A DNA stretch of 64,000 bases, taken from NCBI GenBank assembly GCA_964433325.1, contig CAYSPY010000001.1, positions 228,961 to 292,960 of the forward strand, given 5' to 3'. The translations under genes were made by a program, and so were the position numbers. Shown piece by piece: positions 17,407 through 26,400 of this stretch; within the stretch, counting starts at the first letter, position 1, and each line of letters begins with the position of its first letter. Source of the DNA: an uncultured Candidatus Peribacteria bacterium. Its GTDB lineage: Bacteria > Patescibacteriota > Gracilibacteria > Peribacterales > Peribacteraceae. A model generated the notes under the pieces. That model was not told the DNA's origin and did not search any database. It saw nothing but the letters and a program-made list of their open reading frames with translations.

Positions 17407-17615
17407 AGAAATATACACTCAAGAAGTAGTTTGGATCAGTTCCGTATGATATAGAGGTTAAAAACTTGTTAATACAACATTAACTGTACATGCTATCCAG
17501 AATCAGTAAAAAGTATTTATTGACTATATTTCTTACCATTTATTCCTTGTACAAACGGCTTATGGAAGAGCAATACAAGATGTAAGAGATATTTTACTTA
17601 TTACGAAAAAGGTTC

Positions 17616-17621
17616 TATAAT
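17616..17621 (+). promoter_or_regulatory. -10 box TATAAT 8 nt upstream of ATG 17630
   Basis: ggttcTATAATccaaaatcATG, in an AT-rich divergent intergenic region. Confidence 0.4.
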
Positions 17622-17629
17622 CCAAAATC

Positions 17630-20365
17630 ATGCAGTGGGATGAGTTTCGCTTTCATATTCGGCAACATTCCACTGACGATCAGAAATTGATCCGACAAGC
17701 GTTTGACCTAGGAAAAGAGGCTCATAAAGACCAAAAGAGGCAATCAGGGGAGCCCTATTTCACGCATCCCATCGCCGTTGCCCAGATTCTAGCCAATATG
17801 GGGGCAGACCCCGAAACAGTGATCGCGGCCTTATTACACGATACCGTCGAAGACACACCCCTAAAGCTCGAAGAAATTATTAGGCAATTTAGCCCTACTG
17901 TAGGCGCACTTATTGATGGAGTGACAAAACTGAGCGAAGAGGACTTTGAAGAACGAACAAACCTGAATAAACAAATTGAAACCCTGCGTAAGATGTTCAA
18001 CTTGATGCAACAAGACGTGCGCATCATGGTTATTAAACTGGCCGACAGACTGCATAACATGCAGACGATTTCCTTCCGGCCCCAGGAAAAGCAGGTAGCA
18101 GTGGCGAATGAAACGATGGATGTGTACGTAAAAATTGCAGACCGCCTCTGTATGCGTGATGTGCGCGATGAACTTGAAGGCATGTGTCTCGCAATTTTAG
18201 ACCCGATGAAATACGGCCGCATGACTGATGCATTAAAAAAGAATGAAGAAAAAAGCAAATCAATTCTGGAAGATATAAAGGTTGGACTCTCCGGGTTATC
18301 ATCACAAAATCCGTTCGACATTCACTACGAACGTAAGTCATGGGAAAGTTTAGAACAACAATTGGATGGCCTTGAACAATCGGGCCAGTCATCGACCATC
18401 AACTTTGCGATGCTCTGCGAGGATATTGATGGATGTTACAACGTTCTTGGCCACTTGCACCGCTTGTGGCTACGGGAATCACGCACCTTTGAAGACTTCA
18501 TTAATACACCAATTATCAATGGGTATAAGGCGATTCACACAACCATCATTCTGGAAAATGGTATCCGTGTCCGCTGTAAAATCCGCACACAAGAAATGGA
18601 AGACTATGCACACAGAGGGATAACAACCGTCTGTTTCGACCAACAGCAACGCGGCGTGTTGGAATATCTCCCGTGGACATCACGCATTTCTCCTCTTTCC
18701 AAAGATACAGAACGTCAGAGTCAGGAATTCTGGGAAAGTTTGCAAAGCGATATTCTTGGTGAATCCATATTCGTCTATGGCGATGCTGATCAAACGCAGC
18801 TATTACCAAAAGGTTCCACGGCGCTTGATGCTGTGTTCTATTTATATGGTGATCGTGGGCTTCGCACGAAAGAAATTTTTATCAACGGAAAACAAGTTCC
18901 GTTTTACGAAGAAGTTCCCTATGCCGGAACTATTCATGCGATATTCCAGAAAACATCCGATATGCACCTTGGCTGGCTTCAGTATAGCCGCACGGGTATC
19001 GGCACAGCACTTATCCGGAAGGGTCTCGCGAAACAAGATCCGGCAGTAAAACTCTCGATTGGGCAGAAGTTGCTCCAAGATTACTTTAGCAGCCATAATC
19101 GCGGCTTCATTAGTGAGCTTGATAAAAACTATATTGAACGATCTCTGAAAGAGAATGATTATCCCCACTTAGAAGAGTTGTATATGCGCATCGCAGAAGG
19201 GCGGGTACAACCTCAACAAGTCGAAGATGTGCTGTATGGCAAAAACAAGCGCAAAGAATCAGATTCGGATGCCCATAGCTACACCCTGTCATTGAACATG
19301 GCGAATGTAAGTAAAACGTCTATCCGTGATGCACTGCAACCCTACACCGTTAAAAACTTCCGTCTTACATCAAAAGAAGGTTCGAGTGAAATATATAAAT
19401 TAACACTGCTTCTTACCGATCATGACTACGACACGCTTACATCCACGCTTGATCATATTGTAAATGGACCCTATGAGATCCGCAGGAATAGCAGTGTCTA
19501 TAAAGCGAGTTTCTATAGCCTCGCTCTTTTTGCGCTGTGGGGGCTCGACCCGGCAGTTGCACACATCCTTCTGCATCAGCCAGGAATTGGTTCTGTTGAC
19601 CTAACTATCATCCGCTTCGTCTCACAAACGCTTCTGAGTGGCATCTTCCTCCTATGGATGCGCTCTCGTCAGCCACTGCCACAAGCGCGATTGTCTCTCA
19701 CTAACCCATCACTATGGCTCTCGGTCGTTTTCCTCTTCTGCGTGGCTCTGTCGTCGTATGGAGCGCTGCGGGGGACAGCACCATCGTACTATTCCATCCC
19801 GATGACATCGGCCGGTCTTATTCTTACAACGATTGTGAATCGTAAGCGTAAGTGGACATTGATCGCGACATGGCTATTGGTTATTGCAGGCATTGGCCTA
19901 TTGATCGGCTTTACCCCGGACTGGAACGGGCGCTTTATCACCGACACATTGCTGGCAGTAGTCGCCTTCACCGGGTTCTCGCTCATCAGTGAACGCTACA
20001 AGCGACAAGAAAAAGTATCACTGCGTGCTGCGCAGTATTTCTTCCTTCTGTCTGCATTCTGCACACTTCTCTCACTTACGTTGCTGCCAGTAGCAACCTT
20101 AGGGGATATTTCTCTACACAACTTCCTTTCCATCATTCTCTTTAGCGTCTTTATCTCTGGTCTCCCCTACTACATTTACTACTATCTCCTCTCACACAAA
20201 GAAATCGACTTCGTGCTTCGCTATTCATTCCTCATTATCCCAGCCACCGTCCTGAGCGAAGTAGCCTTTATTCACATTCCACATCCAGTGGTGTGGCCCG
20301 CTGCAATACTGGTGATTGCAGGAGCGTTCTTACCGCTTATGACATGGAGAAAAAAGCGGGCATAA
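17630..20365 (+). CDS. RelA/SpoT homologue (HD hydrolase, degenerate synthetase, TGS, ACT-like) fused to a C-terminal EamA/DMT-like membrane domain
   Basis: HD motifs FTHPIAVA, LLHDTVEDT, KLADRLHNM. Synthetase-like block YERKSWES...CYNVLGHLHRLW...INGYKAIHTTI...RVRCKIRT. TGS-like LLPKGSTALDAVFYLYG. From about residue 620 there are multiple hydrophobic helices with an EamA-like pattern. Confidence 0.8.
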   Translation: MQWDEFRFHIRQHSTDDQKLIRQAFDLGKEAHKDQKRQSGEPYFTHPIAVAQILANMGADPETVIAALLHDTVEDTPLKLEEIIRQFSPTVGALIDGVTKLSEEDFEERTNLNKQIETLRKMFNLMQQDVRIMVIKLADRLHNMQTISFRPQEKQVAVANETMDVYVKIADRLCMRDVRDELEGMCLAILDPMKYGRMTDALKKNEEKSKSILEDIKVGLSGLSSQNPFDIHYERKSWESLEQQLDGLEQSGQSSTINFAMLCEDIDGCYNVLGHLHRLWLRESRTFEDFINTPIINGYKAIHTTIILENGIRVRCKIRTQEMEDYAHRGITTVCFDQQQRGVLEYLPWTSRISPLSKDTERQSQEFWESLQSDILGESIFVYGDADQTQLLPKGSTALDAVFYLYGDRGLRTKEIFINGKQVPFYEEVPYAGTIHAIFQKTSDMHLGWLQYSRTGIGTALIRKGLAKQDPAVKLSIGQKLLQDYFSSHNRGFISELDKNYIERSLKENDYPHLEELYMRIAEGRVQPQQVEDVLYGKNKRKESDSDAHSYTLSLNMANVSKTSIRDALQPYTVKNFRLTSKEGSSEIYKLTLLLTDHDYDTLTSTLDHIVNGPYEIRRNSSVYKASFYSLALFALWGLDPAVAHILLHQPGIGSVDLTIIRFVSQTLLSGIFLLWMRSRQPLPQARLSLTNPSLWLSVVFLFCVALSSYGALRGTAPSYYSIPMTSAGLILTTIVNRKRKWTLIATWLLVIAGIGLLIGFTPDWNGRFITDTLLAVVAFTGFSLISERYKRQEKVSLRAAQYFFLLSAFCTLLSLTLLPVATLGDISLHNFLSIILFSVFISGLPYYIYYYLLSHKEIDFVLRYSFLIIPATVLSEVAFIHIPHPVVWPAAILVIAGAFLPLMTWRKKRA

Positions 20366-20396
20366 TTTCATTACTCTAATTAACCGCACGAAAGAG

Positions 20397-21542
20397 TTAT
20401 GCTGCCTTTTTGAGTAGCTCTTCACCCTCTTCCATCAATCCCGTTTCGCGCATATATGCTGCAAGATAGCGTTGAATTTTATTAGGCCCGTTATGCATGA
20501 ATAGCCATCGTGGTTCAAACTGTTCACATTTATTTCCACTAAGCAAACGATATACAAACTCTGATGTGTCATGACGAGTTGCCATTTCCTTAAACCCTAT
20601 TGCAGTGAGAAAGTCTCCGCTTGCCTTATTTGCTCCAAATACCTGATCCTCGCCCGTATCACTATCAGTGGCGGTAACACCTTCGAAACGATAGCAATAG
20701 ACAGCCAATAAGAGGCTCTGGAAATCATCCTGAACTTGCTGGAGAGCATTTCGCGTCAGAATAGCCGCCGCACCTCCCCACCCCGGCTCCACATTGTAGG
20801 TATCAATTTCCCATGTCGAACGCAGGTGTTTTTTAGTGGTTTCCGTATTCCACGTGCGCCTGTAATGCATGCTGTCATTAAAAAGTACGCCTCGCAAAAA
20901 CTGCTCATATTCATCCAAGGCGGTTTGGTATGCTTGTGGATCAGCATACTTTTGCGGCAAGGGAGGGGTGCGAAAAGAAAGGTATGCCCGCATCGTTTCC
21001 GTGGAATCAAACAGCCCAAGGATGCGATAGTCGCCAGGCTTGCCGGATAAGGAACGCTCTGGGTGAGCGGGGTCCCTTAGAACATCTTTTATAATCTGCA
21101 TTTGGACACTTTCATACTGCACACCATACCCCTGGGCTTCGTCAGTATTCGGCTGAAAAGGATTAAGCATCCCACCCCTTTCTACTGCACGTTCAAATGT
21201 CCAAGTATCCCCCGCAAGCAATGCTTCAAATGCAACATCTGGTACAAGGTTCAGATTATAAATGCGTTGGACCTGCAAAAGATCAGGAGATGCTTCTGGG
21301 GCAGTAGCATTAAATTCCAGTAAACGAGGCTTTAAATTTTTGAGGCTCTCAATTCGTTCAGGAGCTAAGCGACGTCTATTTGGCAATGACACAACAGAGT
21401 GAAGATTATCTCGTGAAGACTGTAATGCAGGTAGTGATGGGCTTCCTACGGCCTCACTCTCTTCAGATGTGGGACAACCGACATCCACTGCCTTCATCCA
21501 TTCGTCTACATTACGAGCCGGTGGAGTTGGGTCTAAAGGCAT
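20397..21542 (-). CDS. Hypothetical protein, paralogue B of 15934-17406
   Basis: ATG start; 381 aa. Shares MHYRR..TTKKHLRS..IDT, LLLAVYCY and the LSGNKCEQFEPRW segment (LSDNSKMYLNPEW in the paralogue) with the gene at 15934-17406. Confidence 0.65.
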   Translation of the reverse strand: MPLDPTPPARNVDEWMKAVDVGCPTSEESEAVGSPSLPALQSSRDNLHSVVSLPNRRRLAPERIESLKNLKPRLLEFNATAPEASPDLLQVQRIYNLNLVPDVAFEALLAGDTWTFERAVERGGMLNPFQPNTDEAQGYGVQYESVQMQIIKDVLRDPAHPERSLSGKPGDYRILGLFDSTETMRAYLSFRTPPLPQKYADPQAYQTALDEYEQFLRGVLFNDSMHYRRTWNTETTKKHLRSTWEIDTYNVEPGWGGAAAILTRNALQQVQDDFQSLLLAVYCYRFEGVTATDSDTGEDQVFGANKASGDFLTAIGFKEMATRHDTSEFVYRLLSGNKCEQFEPRWLFMHNGPNKIQRYLAAYMRETGLMEEGEELLKKAA

Positions 21543-21650
21543 GAAAAACGCAAGGAGTAGGACATTCCTTTACAAAAGGAATTATATAGTATTTAAATGA
21601 TATTAAAAGGCAATAGACCTCATAATACCTTCTTGCTTCGCTGATTCAGA

Positions 21651-22034
21651 TTACTGGACGTCTCCCCTCAAATCCGATCCTGACACACTGGCAGCATTGG
21701 TAACTCTCATTGAGACAGTTAGACGTGATAGCAAAGCTGCGACCGCAGCCGCTGTTTCTTTAATTACTTGCCGTCGCGTTGTTGCTGGAAGTCCACCAAG
21801 TCTGCTATCTAAATCTTGCACAAAATCAACCTTATCCTTAAAACTTAAAGGATCTGTTGGATCTCTCACCTCAGGAACAATTAATTCTATACCAGTCACA
21901 ACTTCTTCTGAGGAATTGGAAATGGTATCAGTTACTGGCTGAGGGCCAACTCCAGATAGATCTGCAGTAACTAATACATCCTCGCCAGTAGGGGATTCTC
22001 CCAATGCAACCATAAAGCGCCACATTATTGCCAT
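21651..22034 (-). CDS. Hypothetical protein
   Basis: ORF only. The listed start is TTG; the first ATG is at 22034. No recognisable motif. Confidence 0.35.
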   Translation of the reverse strand: MAIMWRFMVALGESPTGEDVLVTADLSGVGPQPVTDTISNSSEEVVTGIELIVPEVRDPTDPLSFKDKVDFVQDLDSRLGGLPATTRRQVIKETAAAVAALLSRLTVSMRVTNAASVSGSDLRGDVQ

Positions 22035-22134
22035 AATTTGGCTAAAGTCAAACAAATAACGGGAGTTTTGATGTGTAACTTATTTGTCCAAAAGCTTGAT
22101 GCTTTTTACAAAGGAGTGTTAGAGTAAGCCACTT

Positions 22135-23385
22135 ATGGCACGTGAATTTCCTACCTCTTTGGAATTACTGCGGCGTTACGTCGATATACGCAGTGACATA
22201 CGCACTCCAGAAGGAAGGGCAGGATACCGCCAAATCATCGACGACATCCGTGATATGGTTGAACGATGGAGCCTTGGAAAGCCAACCATCCATGAATTCG
22301 ACGATGGTTCGGCGCTTGGCCCACAGGAGCCAAAGCCTTCAAACCTGACTATTGATATCGGAGAAGGGGAAGAGCTGGGCGTGTGGTATGCCCATGCAGA
22401 TTCCATTCATGCTTCGATGTACCCATCCATACCTGATGCATATCACCTACGTGAGAAAGGGTCAGAAGGCATTTACACAGGGTGTGCGAGCTTAGATATG
22501 AAAGCTGGAATGGTCGCGGAAATTTGCGCGCTTCGTGGTTTAGACGATATTTTACGAAAAGTGAATCGCCGCATACGCGTCCTTTTTGTCTATGCAGAAG
22601 AGGAAAATTCGGATGGGATTCATGCGGCAAGACCCCTGATCCGCAATGCAGACTGGGCTATATCTACCGAAATTAGTGTCGGCTCTAAGTTGGGGGACAA
22701 TGGACATGTGCTCCACGCGCGCCCTGGGCGGGCACAGTTTGCAATCGAGATAGATGCCCTGGAAACCGCACACCTAGGACAAGCACTCACCATTCCCTCT
22801 TCGAGCCAGGTGGATTACAGATTACAAAGAACACTTAAGAGTATTAAGAAGATACGCTTCCCTGATAAATATAAAGAAAAAGACGGGCTTATGCCTGATT
22901 CTCACTGCGTAACAGTGAGCGGCGGAATTTGTGAGCCAGAGTCATTTACCACGCCAAATAAGGCAATTATTAAAGTCGAAGCGCTCTATACCAACCCTAC
23001 ACTGGAACTCGTAGCGATCGAGGGCATGATCCGTGGAGAGCTGCGAAAAATTCTTAAGCGTGATTTCAGTGTGACACTAGTTAAACGACGAACTCCGTAT
23101 ATTAAACCTTGGTATGAAAAGCGGGATAACCCCTTGGTTCAAGCCGGACTTGCCGAAGCGACCGCAGTCCTTGGCAAGCCTGCAATTCTCAGTTGGGGTA
23201 AACCAGTTGCCGAAGAGGGAGTATTTGATGATGAAGGTGTATCGATCATCACATTCCCACCGGATGGACAGGGGGAACACACAATTGGAGAATGTGTCTC
23301 TCATCCATATCTAGAACACCGCATGATTCCTTTTTTACAAAACATGGCTGGGACAACACGACATCTTGTAAAAGAAAAACAGTGA
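22135..23385 (+). CDS. M20/M25/M40-family metallopeptidase or deacylase (ArgE/DapE-like)
   Basis: AHADSI, ASLDMKAG and YAEEENSDG fit the H-x-D / D / E-E metal-ligand pattern. AAAGGAG lies upstream. Confidence 0.6.
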   Translation: MAREFPTSLELLRRYVDIRSDIRTPEGRAGYRQIIDDIRDMVERWSLGKPTIHEFDDGSALGPQEPKPSNLTIDIGEGEELGVWYAHADSIHASMYPSIPDAYHLREKGSEGIYTGCASLDMKAGMVAEICALRGLDDILRKVNRRIRVLFVYAEEENSDGIHAARPLIRNADWAISTEISVGSKLGDNGHVLHARPGRAQFAIEIDALETAHLGQALTIPSSSQVDYRLQRTLKSIKKIRFPDKYKEKDGLMPDSHCVTVSGGICEPESFTTPNKAIIKVEALYTNPTLELVAIEGMIRGELRKILKRDFSVTLVKRRTPYIKPWYEKRDNPLVQAGLAEATAVLGKPAILSWGKPVAEEGVFDDEGVSIITFPPDGQGEHTIGECVSHPYLEHRMIPFLQNMAGTTRHLVKEKQ

Positions 23386-23424
23386 TCACTTACAGGCTAG
23401 TGTGCCATCCGCTACACTCCCTGC

Positions 23425-26400
23425 ATGTTTGATGCAGTCGACCCCAAACAGTCTTTCCCAGAACTTGAACGTGCCATTCTTCAGTATTGGCGCGAGGAAG
23501 ATATGTTTCGCAGATCCATCGAAGAACGAGCAGGGTGTGAGGAATTTAGCTTTTATGATGGACCTCCATTCGCGACAGGGCTCCCCCACTACGGCCACCT
23601 CCTAGCCGGCACTATTAAAGATGTCATCCCCCGCTACCAGACGATGCGTGGTAAGCGTGTGGAGCGCCGGTTTGGTTGGGACTGCCATGGGCTCCCGGTG
23701 GAGAACCTCATTGAGAAAGAGCATGACATTAAGAGTAAGCAAGATATTGAAGCGATGGGGATCGGCCAGTTCAATGAGCTCTGCCGTTCATCGGTGCTGC
23801 GCTATGCCAAAGAATGGCGAACAACGGTAGAGCGTACTGGCCGTTGGGTCGATATGGACTGGGATTACCGAACCATGGACCCCTCCTACATGGAATCTAT
23901 TTGGTGGGTGTTTCAATCCCTCGAGAAGAAAGGGCTCGTGTACGAAGGGTACAAGCCAATGCATGTATGCCCGCGATGTGTTACGCCGCTCAGCAACTTT
24001 GAGGTAACCCAAGGTTACAAGGATGTCACAGACCAATCCGCCACGGTAAAGTTCGAACTGAAGGGGGAAAAGACGCCAACCTACCTCCTGGCATGGACTA
24101 CTACGCCATGGACACTGCCCGGCAACCTGTTTGTTGCCGTTGGCCCCGATCTTTTGTATGTCCATGTTGAATACGAAAATAGTACATATATTGTCGCAGA
24201 AGAAAGGGCTGAACACGTTTTCAAAGACAAAGAATATACAATATCAGGTAAGCCCTTTAAGGGGTCGAGTTTGATAGGAAAAACCTACACGCCAGTATTT
24301 CTCTACTTTGCCGATTCCTACCCCGATGCATTCAGAGTGGTTGGTGGTGACTTCGTTTCAACAGCTGATGGTACGGGCTTAGTGCATATCGCACCTGGCT
24401 TTGGTGAAGATGACTTCCGCGTCGGACACCAAGAAGGGGTAGACATGCTCCAGCATGTAACGATGCAAGGACGTTTTGTATCTGCCGTCACAGATTTTGC
24501 AGGTGAGGACGTAAAGCCGATTGATGACCCATCAAAGACAGATCGTAAGGTAGTCGAATGGCTGGAGAAACACTCAAAGCTGTTTAGCAAAGAAAGCTAT
24601 CGTCACAGTTACCCTCATTGTTGGCGTTGCGATAGCCCACTGCTTAACTACGCAACGAGCTCGTGGTTTGTGAAGGTCGAAGACATTAAGGGGGACATGC
24701 TTAAGAGTAATAAAAAGACCGAATGGGTCCCTGCTCATATCCGTGATAGGCGATTTGGGAACTGGCTGGAAAATGCTCGCGACTGGGCTATTTCCCGCAA
24801 CCGCTACTGGGGTACACCGCTGCCTATCTGGCGAACGGATGATGCATCGGTCACCCAAGTTATTGGAGGACGCGATGATCTCTTTACTCACTGCCCTATT
24901 CGCTTTACCAAGCTGACGGCTGTGCGCCATGGCCAGGCGGAACATAATGTCGGTCACTTCTTCCAAAGTGCGATCCCCGGCGTAGACCTCACAGCCGAAG
25001 GGCAAAAGCAAGCAACGGCTGCCGGTGAGCATCTTAAAGGCCAGAATGTGAAGGTTATTTACTGCTCTCCGCTTAACCGTACCCAGCAAACAGCTAAGGC
25101 TATTGCACAGGCTACCGGGGCAACCGTCATTGTGGACGAACGCCTACGCGAAGTAGATGTTGGAGCACACGAAGGGACGCACTTTAACTTGAGCGATCGG
25201 GCAGTCATGGCCCTTAAGCGAAAGAAAAAGATGCAGGAGAATGCACCGGAAAGCCCCTATCACTTAGATGGAATGGAGAAATGGACTAGTGTGCAGAAGC
25301 GTATCGATGATTTCTTGGCCGATATCCTCCCACGTCACCGTGGAGATCATGTCGTGATCGTGACCCATGCGGACCCCCTCCGAAGCGTCCGGCATTTCTT
25401 TACCAAAGAAGATCCATTCAAGTTAAGCCACCAGCCAGAACCTCGGTTTGCCTCGCCTGAACATTTTTTCTGGGATCACACGACGCAACAGCAGATGGAC
25501 CTCCACAAGCATAGAATTGATGATCTTGCGTGGACGATCCCAGGGACTGGTACACCTGTAGAAGCAGTGCTTGTTCGCCATGGTGAGACCGATTGGAACA
25601 AAGATGGCAAAGTACATGGCGGGAATGCAGATGAACCTCTTAATGAGATCGGCAAAAAACAGGCAGAGGAATTAGCAGCCGCACTCAAAGGCCAGGTGTT
25701 TGACTGTGTTATCACGTCCGATCTAAAACGTGCTAAAGAGACGGCAAACATTCTTTCTAACAGCCTGGGATTACCAGAACCTGTAGAACTCGATGCACTC
25801 AGGGAGCGACATGTCGGTGTATGGAGTGGGCAGAAGGCAGCGGACCTACTCGAGCAATTCCCCCCTATTGAAGAAGGAATAGTGGCCCTACATCATGGAA
25901 CGCCCGAAGGTGGCGAAAGTCTGAGTGACTTTTTGTCGCGCATGCAGAAAGCGTACGACGAGATCAGCCGTACCTATGCGGGTAAAAAAATCCTCATTAT
26001 CTCGCACCGTGCAGTGATGCTGGGACTCCAGTCGATCGCTGGCAACATGAACTACCGCGATACCGCACTCCTCAAGTCTGCCAACTGTGAGCCAGTGCCC
26101 TGCATGATGTATCCCCTGCTTAAGCGCATCCCCGAAGTCCTCGACTGTTGGTTTGAAAGCGGGTCCATGCCATATGCACAGGGCAATCACCCCTTCGCAT
26201 ATCAATACGATCAAAAAATGTATTCACCAAAGGGTTTCCCTGCAGACTTCATTGCCGAAGGAATCGACCAAACACGTGGATGGTTCTATACGTTGACCGT
26301 CCTTTCAAGTGCACTCTATCAACAACCTGCGTTCCATCACTGTGTGGTGAACGGCATTGTCCTTGCAGAGGATGGTCGCAAGATGAGTAAGAAGCTAAAG

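Noticed and set aside
17755-18321. 188-aa minus-strand ORF inside the RSH gene
   Set aside because: Antisense to the conserved HD and synthetase motifs; Ser-rich, low-complexity translation.
24898-26115. Intein or mobile intron as the explanation for the oversized ileS
   Set aside because: The extra sequence has no intein splice-junction pattern (N-terminal Cys/Ser ... HN-Cys/Ser/Thr) and no homing-endonuclease motifs. It carries two complete histidine-phosphatase motif sets and stays in frame.
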